NCBI RefSeq assembly: GCF_006345805.1
Contig: NC_043008.1
Location: 57,226,001-57,290,000 of the forward strand
Source of the DNA: Octopus sinensis
Lineage: Eukaryota
Reading direction: 5' to 3'
DNA length: 64,000 nt
The notes under the pieces were generated by a model. It was given only the letters and a program-made list of their open reading frames with translations. It had not been told where the DNA came from and ran no database searches. Shown piece by piece: positions 11,770 through 24,940 of this stretch. The translations under genes were made by a program, and so were the position numbers. Each line of letters opens with the position of its first letter. Position 1 is the stretch's first letter.

Positions 11770-12012
11770 TAATAATAAATATTAGGGAATAAATCCAAAT
11801 TTACAGGGAAAAATCAGATTTAGGAATGAATCCAATTTTATAGTAAAATATTATATTATATTAAATTAGAGACAAAACCACTATTATGCAATCAAACAAA
11901 GAAAGACTTAAGCCAATACATAAAATAATTTATATAAATTATTTTATGTATTGGCTTAAGTCTTTCTTTGTTTGATTTGCATAATAGTGGTTTTGTCTCT
12001 AATTTAATATAT
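11770..12012. repeat. AT-rich repeat with near-perfect ~70-bp-arm palindrome (11862-12006)
   Basis: AAATTAGAGACAAAACCACTA...TAGTGGTTTTGTCTCTAATTT centred at ~11933; same family at 40311-40520. Confidence 0.88.
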
Positions 12013-12130
12013 TATATAAATATATACATATATATATATATATATTGATAAAACTGGTAAGGCAACAAAAGAATGAAAGACCCTCCATATTATGTAAATA
12101 GAGGAATTTATCTGTAAATGTAATATGTGA

Positions 12131-12251
12131 CAATTATTCGGTAGCCATGATAAACCTCCGAGTTTCGGATGCCGGATAACTGAATAGATGGCGGCGTGGA
12201 TTTCCCCCTCGGTATCCGAAACTCGGAGTTATCATGGCTACAGAATAATTG
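12131..12251. repeat. Foldback with ~43-bp arms (12131-12174 / 12210-12251)
   Basis: CAATTATTCGGTAGCCATGATAAAC.. versus ..GTTATCATGGCTACAGAATAATTG. Confidence 0.85.
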
Positions 12252-12289
<38 letters not shown>

Positions 12290-12303
<14 letters not shown>

Positions 12304-12535
12304 GTGTGCGTGTGTCTTTGTGTCCGTGTTTGTTCCACCCCTATCACCGCTTGACAACCGGTGATGGTGTCTTTACGTCTCCGTAACTTAGCGGTTCGGC
12401 AAAATAAACCGATAGAATAACTACCAGGCTTAAACATAATTACTGGGGGCGGTTCATTCAACTAAAAAATCCAAGGTGGTGCTCCGGCATGACCGCAGTC
12501 AAATGACTGAAACAAGTAAGAGAATAAAAGAATCG
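12290..12535 (+). mobile_element. Family A SINE, 3' half
   Basis: CTTAGCGGTTCGGCAAAA..CAGTCAAATGACTGAAACAAGTAAGAG. Confidence 0.85.
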
Positions 12536-12933
12536 ATATTCGCCTTTCCTTTCTATTCCATTGAGTAGACGAAAAAACCTAAAGAGCCTTTTTTACATCC
12601 ATTACATTTTTGTCATGAAATTTTCAAGGGAGAACACTGGTTAATATTTACTAAATACATATTTATCATTCTGTTAATCTTTCTCTTGTTTCTGTCAGTG
12701 AACTGTAGCCATGCTGGAGTCCTGCGTTGCAGGGTTTAGTTGGTCAAACAAATCTGTCCCAGTAGGTATTTTTAATTTTTAAGTCTACGAATAATTTTAT
12801 CTGCTTCTTTCGCCAAAGAGCTAGATTACGGGGAGTTAAACAAACCAACAATGGTTATCAAGTGGTTTGGCGCCAAAGACATAAAAAACGCACACACACA
12901 TATATATATATGTAAATACAAACAGACACACGC

Positions 12934-12965
<32 letters not shown>

Positions 12966-12975
12966 ATATATACTC

Positions 12976-13575
12976 TATAAAATAGTGTACATTTAAACAC
13001 AAGAGAAAACTACCCGTTAACAGGTAATTTTACACGCTAGAAGAAGCAGCCAAAACTGGCCAAAACCACAATTAATAGCAATTTTCGAAAGAAATGAAAA
13101 TAAAAACTTTTGTTATTTTTTGCGGTTATACCTAGATTTCAAATTTCTTTAGCAAATAAGATAATCTGCTGGGCGAATTCTCATCAGTAACCGGCCTTAA
13201 CAACTAACTTATAATTCAGAGACAAATAACACGTGTCTCATCATTATATGTTATAACTCTTCAAAATTCAGCGCGCAAGCGCAGTTTCAGTCGACAGTAA
13301 ATGGATAATGCCGAGCTGATTCTTCGAGAATGCTAAGATCATATTTCTAAGATAGGGTAGCGAATATTCTTAGAAATATCACCACCAGTGGCCTAGCATG
13401 TTTAAATAGTCAATAGACAGCATATTCAATATAAAATAGTGTGCATTTAAACACAAAAGAAAACTACCCTTTAACAGGTAATGTACAATATTTTATATTG
13501 AATATGTTGTCTATTGACTATTTATACATGCTAGGCCACTGGTGGCGATATTTCTAAGAATATTCGCTACCCTAT
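12976..13575 (-). mobile_element. Non-coding hammerhead-bearing element B (partial tandem of ~454-bp unit with inverted 5' end)
   Basis: Direct repeat 12976-13028 / 13430-13482; 87-bp inverted repeat 13352-13438 / 13489-13575; flanked by (TA)n; HHR inside. Confidence 0.85.
13123..13193 (-). ncRNA. Type I hammerhead ribozyme (element B)
   Basis: Minus strand: CGGTTA-CTGATGA-GAATT..(AGCAGAT:ATTTGCT hairpin)..AATTT-GAAA-TCTAGG-TA-TAACCG; 6-bp stem I, quasi-palindromic stem III ATCTAGGT, GTA site. Confidence 0.8.
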
Positions 13576-13600
13576 ATATGTATATATGTGTATGTATATA

Positions 13601-13663
<63 letters not shown>

Positions 13664-14649
13664 ACCGATGCTTATGAGACGTGTGCGTACGTGTATGTAT
13701 ATATTTGCGTGTGTATGTGTGTGTGCATCCGTGTGTGTGTGTATCCAACATCACTGTAGATATAGTGAGACGTAGTACATGCGTGTCCTGTGACAATGAA
13801 CACATTACAAACGATATTTAGACAATTCTTTGTCGATTAAGAAAGAGTCCATTTAGCCGCTACTTAACTTCAGTTCGATTATATTGGATAATTGTCGGTA
13901 AACCTTTTTGGCAAAGTACTCACAATTGTATATCGATTATCTGATATTTACCACCCTAAATAGGTCACCTGACAATGGCTTTGATGAGGGCTTACTGCGT
14001 TAAACAATAACAACATTAAAAGAGCTAATTTATCTTGGTCAGGGAGAAGCAATGTAATTTTCACTTGAAATGCATCATAAAGTCTGCCGTGTTATTGGTT
14101 ATTGACCGGAAGAACTCACAAATCAATAAGAGATCCTATCTTGTAGCTCACTAACTACTGCAAAGCTTGTACGTATTCACTGACAGCTACTCAACCATTA
14201 TTAAACACAAACTCTGCCATCTTAAAACACATTTAGCACATGTTCTGCCATCTTTACAAAATGCATGCTCCTTGGATAATATTGTCCAAAACACATTGTC
14301 TAAGAGAAAAGATTGGATGTTCGCAAATGGAATTGATTGGAGTATGAGTGTCTTCTGGATTAAGGTTAATCGGTGGCTACACATCAATACCAACAACATA
14401 CTCAATACCAAGTTATTCAATCATAATTTTTTTCTTAAATATCTTGCCCAACTACGAGTCAACCTTCTAATGAGATTGAACTCACCTTTCTTGGGATCTG
14501 AAGGCGATACCTTTTCCTTTCAGCTATTTCCAATTTCCGTGTTGAGATATTCCACCTTATTCCACGATACACAACACTATAATTATACGCGATATCCTAT
14601 AAATGATTTTTGATCAAATCAAATCATTTCTACAGTAGGTATCATATAC

Positions 14650-14805
14650 AATGAACTTCTTTCAATTTCCGCCTACCAAATCCAATCGCAAGACTTTGGT
14701 CGGTCCGAGGATATAATAGAAGACACTTGTTCAGTGTCCCAAGTAGTAGGACTGAACCCAGAACCATACGGGTGGAAGACAAGCTTCTTACCACACAGCC
14801 ACGCT
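14650..14805 (-). mobile_element. Family A SINE, 5' half
   Basis: AGAAGACACTTG..GGACTGAACCCAGAACC..CTTACCACACAGCCACGC. Confidence 0.8.
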
Positions 14806-15600
14806 TGTGCATACTGGTTAAGATACCTTCTACAAGAACCATACACTTTTGTTGACTTCGAAATTTATAATGAAGAAATTGAGAAATATGTTCACCTTCA
14901 GACGGACAAATTTTGAACGATCAGTTTGAGTGGATAACAACGCAGATGCATTGTGCTATGATCAAAGCAAACTTAAATTAGAATCAGTCACACTATTCGG
15001 TCTACATACTTCTTTATAGCTCTCTGTTGAGGTACTGTATACTGTTGTAAACCGGCAAAAGACTACTGTTGTTTTTGCTGCTGTTGTTGTGTTGTTGTAT
15101 TGTTAGTGAGCCCCAGATTATCCCTGATCGAGCAAATTTATGGTCGTAGATCAAAGATATTTCAGCTTTGCTCTCCTTGTTTTGCTTCACGTATTGAAGC
15201 GTTTGATATGGCCAAACAGAAATTTCAGTTATACAAAGCTGATTGAGATACGTCATTTATAGGGTTATGTTATATTTTTCTTTATCTCGCAGCTCTTGGG
15301 CTCAGATGTTACCGAGCAGTCTTGATTAAACTTAACAGAGTTTTATCATCTGTTGGGAAATAATTCTAAGAGAAACGTTGCAGTTATTAACTCTATTTAT
15401 CATACTGAACTATTGAATAATATGCTGATAGGTCGATAGATCGATAGCAATTGAGTCAAATAGAGGAAGATATATCAACGACAATAAATATTGTAGGCAT
15501 CGCTTTATAGTTAAAAAACTTTGCTTCTCAACCACGAAGTTTCGGGTTTAGTTTTAGTTTCCTACACTGGATAAGCGTGTGCTATTATAAACTCGAGTGT

Positions 15601-15832
15601 AAGGCGGCGAGCTGGCAGAAACATTAGCCCGCCAGGCGAAGTGCTTAGCGATATTTCGTCTGTCTTTACGTTCTGATTTCAAATTCCTCCAAGATCGACT
15701 TTGCTTTTCATCCTTTCGGGGTCGATAAATTAAGTACGAGTTACGCACTGGGGCCGATGTAATCGACTTGATCCGTCTGTCTGCCCTTGTTTGTCCCCTC
15801 TATGTTTAGCCTCCGGAGAGCAATAAAGAAAC
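15601..15832 (+). mobile_element. Family B SINE
   Basis: AAGGCGGCGAGCTGGCAGAAAC head through CAATAAAGAAA tail. Confidence 0.88.
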
Positions 15833-16011
15833 AGATAACTTGAATGTCATTTTATCGGCTCCAAAACATTGAAAGTTAAAGTTGACCTCATCGGGATTTG
15901 AACTCAGAACGTAAATTTCTGGAGCAATTGCTGCCAAGGTAATGACAACTTTTTACATTCTACCGCCCCTTCAACGCATTACACTGATGGGTGGTTTTTA
16001 TTTTTTAACTA

Positions 16012-16230
16012 CAGCAATCCCACGCCATATTGCGGTTTACCTACCGCGGTTTATTATTTAAGCTTGCGTCGATTTCTTCGATGGATTGTTTTGCATTTAT
16101 AATAAAATAAATACATACAAATTATAAAAATATTTTTTTTTAAATATGCTGTACTGTTTCTACTTCACGGATTTTCACCCATCGCGGATGGTTTTGGAAA
16201 GTAACACCCGCGATAGTCGGGGGATTGCTG
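16012..16230. mobile_element. Tigger/pogo-like MITE
   Basis: TA|CAGCAATCCC ... GGGATTGCTG|TA: 10-bp TIR with TA target duplication, 219 bp, no ORF. Confidence 0.75.
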
Positions 16231-16614
16231 TAATGAGGAAAAAAAACAGCTAGTTTTTATAAAGGATGCGTAGTCAGTCCCGATTCTGTTCTTTTTTATG
16301 TTATTAATCTAAATAGATTACATAGTAATTCATCCCCCAGTAGATTAAGAAGACAGAATGAAATTCCATCTTGTTAGACGGATGATGTTAATACGATATT
16401 CTGTTAGTATAATACTACTTTCCAATCATATGTTCACTGCATATAAAAAGAAGAGAGAAAATACGAGAACATTTGGTATTTGCCCTTATGGGGTTTTTTA
16501 TGGCGGTACTTTTATTACTTTCGTTGGCGACTTCTGATTTATAGCAGAAATATATAACTATAATATATATATTTCTCAAAAAAGCAATGAATTTTTCCCC
16601 GTCTAATAATAATT

Positions 16615-17200
16615 TTTTTCTACTCTGGGCACAAGGCCCAAAATTTTGGGGGAGGAGACAGTCGATTAGATCGACCCCAGTACGCAACTGGTAACTAATT
16701 TATCGACCCCGAAAGGATGAAAGGCAAAGTCGACCTCGGCGGAATTTGAACTCAGAACGTAAAGACAGAAGAAATACCTGTTTCTTTACTACCCACAAGA
16801 GGCTAAACACAGAGAGGACAAACAAGGACAGATAAACGGATTAAGTCGATTATATCGACCCCAGTGCGTAACTGGTACTTATATAATCGACCCCGAAATG
16901 ATGAAAGGCAAAGTGGACCTCGGTGGAATTTGAACTCAGAACGTAGCGACAGACGAATACCGCTAACGTTTCTGCCAGCTCGCCGCCTTAATACCTATTT
17001 CTTTACTACCCACAAGAGGCTAAACACAGAGAGGACAAACAAGGACAGACATACGGACTACATCGACCCCAGTGCTCAACTTGTTGTTATTTTATCGATT
17101 ACGAAAGGAGAAATGGCAAAGTCGACCTCAGCAGAATTTGAACTCAGAACGTACGGTCGAAAGAAATACCGCAAATCATTTCGTCGAGCGTGCTAACGAT
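16615..17200 (-). mobile_element. Tandem cluster of family B SINE segments
   Basis: GGCAAAGTCGACCTC..GAATTTGAACTCAGAACGTA and TTTCTTTACTACCCACAAGAGGCTAAACAC recur 2-3 times. Confidence 0.85.
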
Positions 17201-17719
17201 TATGCCCGATCACCAGCTTCGCTTCAACAAATAATATAGATTTCAAATTTCACTCAACTGGTGATTATTTTATCGAATCTGAAAGCATGAAATACACATT
17301 CGACTTCTGTGGAATTTGAACTCAAAATGTAAAGTTTGGAGAAACATCGTTCAGCAATTTGTTCACTACCTTCGCTTCGCTAACTTTTATTTCTAATTGG
17401 TAAAAATAAAAAACAGAAAAAAGAACAACGACGTACCATGTTTTATGGAGACGATGTACAGTCACTCGTCATTAAATTCTCGTTTGTTATGTTATCGAAT
17501 TTAAATGGATTACATATAAATTTACCCTCGGTGGATTTAAAATAAATCTGATAAGATAGATGGCGGGAATGATTTTTAATGTTCTAACCATTCACTGCAT
17601 ATGAAAAGCAAGAAATGAGAAAATATGTTATATCGTCCTGTAGTTTTGAGGCTGTAATTCTTTTTTATGGCTACATTTCCATCACTCAGTTGATGGCATT
17701 TGATTTATAGCCTTGTCTA

Positions 17720-17913
17720 TATGTATATGCACGTGTGCGTGTATATACATGTATATAGAGATAGGTAGATAGATAGATAGATAGACAGACAGATATAGAT
17801 GTATAGAGATATAGATGTATATAGATACAGATGTATATAGATATAGATGTACAGAGATATAGATATATATAGATATAGATGTATATAGACATAAATGTAT
17901 ATAGATATAAATG

Positions 17914-17947
<34 letters not shown>

Positions 17948-18120
17948 TAGATGTATAGAGATATAGATGTATATAGACATAAATGTATATAGATATAAAT
18001 GTAGATAGATAGATAGATAGATAGATAGATATAGATGTATAGAGATATAGATGTATAGAGATATAGATGTATATAGATATAGATGTATATAGACATAAAT
18101 GTATATAGATGTAAATGTAT

Positions 18121-18151
<31 letters not shown>

Positions 18152-18152
18152 T
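17720..18152. repeat. Compound (GATA)n / GATATAGATGTATA minisatellite
   Basis: Short units seen directly, with a looser ~80-bp higher-order pattern. Confidence 0.88.
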
Positions 18153-18889
18153 AAGCACATAATATATATGTGTGTAATATATATATTTCTAGAATGCAAT
18201 TAATTTTTCTTTCCCGTTTTATAATAACGATAACAATGCACAAGTTTCTTCAAAACTTGTCTTATCTGCGCGCAATTTTTCATTCTTTGGCAATAAACAC
18301 TAATAATAGTAATAATAATAATATCGGAATATTGATGTATCTGTGTGTAATTAGAATCGATAATAACTCCTGCATGCATTTCATTCAACCTCCAAACAAA
18401 TCATTGACGACAAAGAGAAACAAAAGAACTGAAAGTAGAAGATATGTCTCACTAGATGTTAACTATGAAAGAAGATAGGGGCAATGAAACAGCTATAACG
18501 TTTGACAACCTGGTTTCACTGTATTGCTTGCCATTTCGATAGAATCGAAAAATGATAAATTAAGAAATATACGATTATTATATCACAGAAGGGATGAGAG
18601 ATTGTATTTCATCTGATAGATATAGAGAGCGAAAATTATGTGATATATTTATTACATCATAGCAAAGACGTTTGAGTCGAGACAGACGTTGAGTTGTTAG
18701 AGTGTCGGTTTCGATGCATAGCGGCATTCGTTCCAGTCCTCTCTGCTATGAGTTCAATTCCCAGATCAGGCATTGACCAAGTCAATATTCATTTGTATCA
18801 TCAGCGTCATTTTATCTGTCTCTCTCCCACTTTCTTTTCCTCTATGTCTGGAATGTACCTGAAGTTATAGATCTTATAAATATATGCTT

Positions 18890-19100
18890 TTTTATTCTTG
18901 GCACAAGGCCCGAAATTTTTAGGGTGGAGCCAGTCGATTAGATCGACCCAGTACGTACCTGGTACTAAATTTATCGACCCCGAAAGGATGAAAGGCAAAG
19001 TCGACCTCAGCAGAATTTGAACTCAGAGCGTAATGATAGACGAAATACTGCTATGCATTTTTCCCGACGTGCTAACGATTCTGCCAGCTCAACGCCTTTA
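18890..19100 (-). mobile_element. Family B SINE
   Basis: ATCGACCCCGAAAGGATGAAAGGCAAAGTCGACC..CTGCCAGCTCAACGCCTT. Confidence 0.85.
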
Positions 19101-20765
19101 TCTTATTAATATATGGGCGCAGGCGTGGTTGTGTGGTAAGAATACTTTTGTCTTTTGCTTTTTTTCATTTTTGCTGTTCAACGGACATTGCTATTATATT
19201 ACAAATAACAATGACACAATTTTTACATTTTTCTTGTCTTCGGTCAGTAAGTGTTATTTATTTTCTATTTGCTTTTTTTTTTGCAATCTAAGGAAATTAC
19301 TATTATTCCCTTCAAACTCTACTTTCGTGACCTGGACATCTATGTTTTGAAACTGACCTCTTTTTCCATTACATTTCAGACAGATTCAGCACTGAGTTGC
19401 TGAAGCAGAAATATCGTAATAGCAAATATTCTGCTCAATACCACAGATTTGCCTGTCAATTGATTGGCCTTAAGCACCTTAGTGGCTGAAAATATGTGCA
19501 TCTCTGATCATGAGCAGGAGTACTGGGGAAGGGGAGCAAAATAGCCATGTGTTGAGAGGGATTCTTTGGGATTTGAATAAACGTAACGAAAGTAAAGTTT
19601 GAAGAAAATATTAGCCATTTTTTAATAATTTCTAGGGTTAAGCAAATAGGAAGTAACATCTGCTACCCAAGGAGAAAAATCGTGTTACACTGTGTAATGC
19701 GCTTTATTAGTGTTATTGTTGCTGTATTTTATTGTTTATCCCCCAGGTCAACACTCATTCAACATACTTTTGTTACGGTCGTCATCTGTTGGTCAGATAT
19801 AGTTTGCCTTTTAATAAAGTAGGATTTTATTGATATTTCTAGCACACGGAGTGGTTATCCTTAATTCGCAACAATACACTTGTTTCTGATTTCAGCATGA
19901 GGCCATTAATTTAGAAAGGAATGCGGATTAGTCGTTTATATCGATTCCAATACTGGTCTGGTGTTTTATTTCAACGACGCTGAACAAACGAAAAACAAGG
20001 CTGACCTCGATTGCATTCGCAACACCATAATTAGTTATAATAGTTACTTTAACGTGATGGTAATGGCTGTTGCTATGTTATTTACATTTGTTGTTTATTC
20101 TTTTATGTATTTCTTTCCTATGGAACAGAGAAATCATTAGGCTTAACGTAAAAACCTTTTACTTTTTGTACTATAAAGCATTTGTTACATTAGTTTTAAC
20201 TAAACACCTGTAATTTTCATGTAATTACTTCCCCCTTCCCTACTCTTCCAGCATATATCTTCAAAACAATCGGTTTGTCATGTAACCTTGTTCTCAGTAG
20301 TTCTTTCTTGTTCATTATTCACATTTTATATATATATATTTTTTTTTCAGTGATGGAGTTTCCATTTTGTATCTTCTTTCAGCCATTAAACCGCCATTAA
20401 TGGATGACATTAGCATGTTATTATTTTTCACTCTTTGAGATGTTAGGGGAGATAATTTGCTTTTAAATATTTTTGTTACTTGGAAATGTTGCTGGAATAT
20501 TTCATATATATATATATATATATAGTCATCTTTTTTTAATTTTTTATTTTATTTCCCTGTTTTTTGACAGATTTTTTTTCATTTATGCTTCTCGCGTTTT
20601 AGATATCTTCTATTCCTCCATATTGATAATCGACAGAATGTTTCATCTATATTTCTTATACGTAAATGTTAATAACATCGTATCAGAAGTATTTACCTGC
20701 CTCCTTTTTCTTCTTACATGTAAATACGCATATATACACATACATCGATTTATCTCTCTCTCTCT

Positions 20766-20824
<59 letters not shown>

Positions 20825-20878
20825 CTGCCTACATGAATATGTATTCATACATACACTTATGTATATATTCACAGATAT

Positions 20879-20970
<92 letters not shown>

Positions 20971-20997
20971 CAGAGAGAGACCTCTATGTATATGAAC

Positions 20998-21036
<39 letters not shown>

Positions 21037-21690
21037 ACCATATATATATATTCGTGTGTGTATGTGTGTGTGTGTTTCGTCGCTTGATAACCGGTGTTAG
21101 TGTGTTTACGTCCTTGTAACATACCACTTCGTTAATGATAGACCGATAGAATAAGTGCAAGGCTTTAAGAAATGCTCTGGGGTCGATTCTTTCGACTGAA
21201 TTCTTCAGGGGTGGAGCTGCAGTATGGCTGAAATCCAATGACTGAAGCAAGCAAACTAAAAGAGAAAATCCCTATGTATACACCTCATGAATAAGATTGG
21301 CGGAACTGCTAAAGTTTTTGGCTGGTTTACATATGCTATGACGTATACTTGCTATGACATACATCTGCTATGCGTGTTCGGAATAGACGGGGTTTTTTTC
21401 TGATCATCAAAAATGGCTGCCAGTAATTTTCGAGAATTTGTGATAACGCTTAGTATTTAGCAAAATATTTTGATGTGTTGGGGGAGCAATAACTCTTATT
21501 GAGAAATTGTTATGTTAAGTTCCTTGGTCTGTCAAGTGTATCTTTGAAAAATAGTTTGACTATATTTTCTAAAACCTGCAATGAAAAAGTTGGTTCATCG
21601 TCTATAATGTTCTTGTTAGATAACTTATGTAATCCGATATGGCTATATGATGAATTATATATGCACTCCAACACGCACACGCGCACACAC

Positions 21691-22087
21691 ACTGGCTGTG
21701 TAATAAGTAGCTTGCTTACAAACCATATGGTTCCGGGTTCAGTCCCACTGCGTGGTGCCTTGGGCCAGTGTATTCTACTATAGCCTCGGACCGACCAAAG
21801 CCTTGTGAGTGGATTTGGTAGACGGAAACTAAAAGAAGCCCATCGTATATATGTATATATATATGTGTGTGTATATGTTGTGCATCTGTGTTTGTTACCC
21901 CAACATCGCTTGACAACTGATGCCGGTGTGTTTGCGCGCCCGTAACTTAGCGGTTCGGCAAAAGAGACCGATAAAATAAGTACTAGGCTTTCAAAGAATA
22001 AGTCCTGGGGTCGATTTGATTCGACTAAAGGCGGTGCTCCAGCATGGCCACAGTCAAATGACTGAAACAAGTAAAAGAATAAAGAAT
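21691..22087 (+). mobile_element. Family A SINE, near full length
   Basis: TGGCTGTGT..GGTTCCGGGTTCAGTCCCACTGCGTGG through GACTGAAACAAGTAAAAGAATAAAAG. Confidence 0.88.
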
Positions 22088-22509
22088 ACACACACACGCG
22101 CACACACAAACTCGTAAACATATACTTGCATGCGTCTATTTACATATGAAGGTCCACATATGTATATATACTTACACAAAATCTTTTAGTAGATATGTGT
22201 TCTCTCTGTGGTTGTCACTGTCATGCAGACGCATATATCCACATATCCACATATCCATATATACACTCAGATACTTCTGCATATTTGAGTATATAGTGTC
22301 ACATCAGTATTGAATGAACGATTTTATATTCTGGATAGATTTCTGTTATATAATGTGAAACATAAAAGCTAAAATATAAAAGTAAATCATTTTGCAGGCA
22401 TCAGAACCATAAGCGGAATAGGTTTACAACCATATAATTTTCTTTAACAGTTTTGCTTTCCAATATTTAAATCAGTCCTTATTGTTCACGCTATGCTGCG
22501 CATAAACTA

Positions 22510-22650
22510 AGAAGGGGTGCTGAAAAGTTCCTGGCTAAAGGCCCAACTTTCCGAGTTCTCTTACAGGGCTTAGAAAAACTAAGCTACAATAGGTGTGTGA
22601 CTCTGAGAGGGGAATACGTTGAAAAAAGATCATAATTAACTGATCCTCCT
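22510..22650. mobile_element. Mariner-derived MITE fragment
   Basis: AGGGGTGCTGAAAAGTTCCTGGCT resembles a mariner TIR; no coding sequence. Confidence 0.5.
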
Positions 22651-23053
22651 AAATTTATTGCAAATCATCAAAAGTAGCAGCAAGAAAATTACATCGGCCA
22701 CTATGTCTGATCCTTTATTTCATACTGATTTATTTAGCGACTTAATATTCTGTGCTATCGACTGAGGAAGAAAATCGTGCGCGACGTTTCAATCTACACG
22801 TACGGAATGATCCAGGAATTACTCCTACATATTATTTCGCAACTCTAAAGCACAGACGAGATGTGTTTATATACCTATAATTTGCTCTCACAGTTTGTCT
22901 TTCTGATATTCAAATATATTTCAATCCTTCTCAATCGCACAGTTTATACGTGTATATATATGTTTGTGCTTCTGTGTGTATGATCTTTTATAAGTGTGTG
23001 TGTGTATGCGTGTCTATGTGTGTGTGCGTATATATCTGTATGTGTGTTTTTGT

Positions 23054-23368
23054 GTGGAGGCGCAATGACCCAGTGATTAGGGCAGCGGACTAGCGGTCGG
23101 AGGATCGCGGTTTCGATTCCCAGACCGCGAGTTGTGTGTGTTTATTGAGCGGAAACACCTAAAAGCTCCACGAGACTCCAACAGGTGGGTGGCCCCTGTT
23201 GTACTCTTTCACCCCAACTTTCTCTCATTCTCTCTTCTTGCTTCTTGAGTAACGCTGCGATGGACTGGTATCCCGTCCAGCTGGGGAGGGGGGAAACACA
23301 TACGCCAGAGAAACCGGGAAATTGGGCCCATGAGCCTGGCTAGGATTGAAAAGGGCTAAAACAAAAAT
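23054..23368 (+). mobile_element. tRNA-derived SINE, family C
   Basis: GTGGAGGCGCAATGACCCAGTGATTAGGGCAGCGGAC..GGTTTCGATTCCC head; tail GAGCCTGGCTAGG..GAAAAGGGC. Confidence 0.88.
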
Positions 23369-23399
23369 GTGTGTTTGTGTGTACGAACATAGTATATAT

Positions 23400-24900
23400 A
23401 AGCGAGGGTAGTATCAGAAAATTCCTGAATCAGGCCAAAATAAAGTTCTACCTGATATCCACTCATTATGTTTTTTTTTATTTCAATTTCTTATTCATTA
23501 GAAATAGCAGAGTCGATCAACGTTTTCCAAATTTCCGAAACTGATGAGCACGATGGAAGAATGTTCACAGAAGGGATTCCTCAGTAAAAGTTTCCATTCT
23601 GCATTTTGCTTATTATGTTTATTCGGTCATCAGGCCCTCTTGAGAATAAACACAAAGATCCCGGGGTCTCTTCCACGATTAAAATGTACCGCGGTGAGCA
23701 ACTTAATGGAAACCGACCAATATCTCTGGCGATTCCGTTTGAATTTTATCTGCTGCCTCGAAATAGTGCTCCATCAATTGCATTGCATTTGGATGGATGG
23801 GGGCAGGTAAGTCAAAACAAAGAGTGAGGGGGCTAACTTTACAGCAATAGGAACCTTTTGAGGTTTTAGAGGAAAATCATTTGACAGACTTCGCAGTGTT
23901 TTCAATACTGTGTGGGGTCAAACGATTTGTTCACCGACGGTGTGTTTAGATAAGGTCGCCAATGACTTTTTTTCCTCACATTTTCTCAAGATTCTCTAAA
24001 TGATTGGTAGCTTTGAACGATCATTAACTTGAATCGACAAACTCAAGTAGTTCCTTATGATTCTGAGGCATAGTTTTGACTGACTGATGCCTTTATGCCC
24101 TTCCTCTCACTAACCCTTTGCTGATGATTTTTCAAGTAATTTCTTATTCTACTTGTCATTGAAATATAACGCTATCGGGTGAACAGTTTTCAGATGTCAA
24201 CAAACATCATTTCATCAACACAGACACAAATACGTGTGTACACACACATAAGCTTCCATATACTCTTTTACTATTTTTTTACTCTTTTACTTGTTTCATT
24301 CATTTGACTGTGGCCTTGCTGAAGCACCCCCTTTAGTCGAGCAAATCGACCCCAGAACTTATTCTTTGTAAGCCTAGTACTTATCCTATCGATCTCTTTT
24401 GCCGAATCGCTAAGTTACGAGGAAGTAAACACACCAGCATCGGTTGTCAAGCAATGTTGGGGGGGACAAACACAGACACACAAACATATACACGCGCATA
24501 CATATATATTTCAGTTTCCGTCTACCAAATCCTCTCACAAGGTTTTGGTCGGCCCGAGGCTATAGTAGAAGACACTTGCCAACGGTGCCACGCAATGGGA
24601 CTGAACCCGGAACCATATAGTCGTTAAGCAAGCTACTTACCACACAGCCATACATTTACCAAGGAAAATAGTCATCACCATTCACATATTCCACCTGATA
24701 CTGAGAAACCTGTGTTCGAACATTAAACACCTCACTAAAACTTAATGATACATTTCATATATCTAGCTAAATTTGTTGAGCTTCAATGTCAAATTTAATG
24801 CCGACACGTTGTTCGAATTTTATAACATAGCCGTTGTGATAACACATTTGTGATGAAGTATTTCCTGGCTTTGAACAGAAGTTTCTTTCTGTAGGAAGCA
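23400..24900 (-). pseudogene. Heavily decayed mariner transposase, interrupted by a SINE
   Basis: Minus-strand remnants EQRVGIKF (~24800), TAKSVK*F (~23890), a LAPS-like stretch (~23830) and DKIQTESPEIL (~23740); TIR-like CGAGGGTAGTATCAGAAAATTCC at ~23403. Confidence 0.55.
24258..24650 (-). mobile_element. Family A SINE
   Basis: Near-full copy, same blocks as 111-527. Confidence 0.88.
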
Positions 24901-24940
24901 GTTTTTATCTAAGATATAAATTCACAAAGAATTTTTTTTC

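Noticed and set aside
13960-14010. TTGATGAGGGC..TAAAC hammerhead-like remnant
   Set aside because: Too many core changes and no convincing stems I or III.
14167-14613. 148-aa ORF
   Set aside because: No recognisable motif, start context or splice pattern; may be an old TE relic.
23634-23806. Apparent plus-strand exon (CAG|..GQ|GTAAGT) ending ALHLDGWGQ, resembling GH35 beta-galactosidase
   Set aside because: The opposite strand reads as a decayed mariner C-terminus continuous with flanking mariner remnants, and no follow-on G.V..NG..LGRY exon was found; probably a chance antisense ORF.
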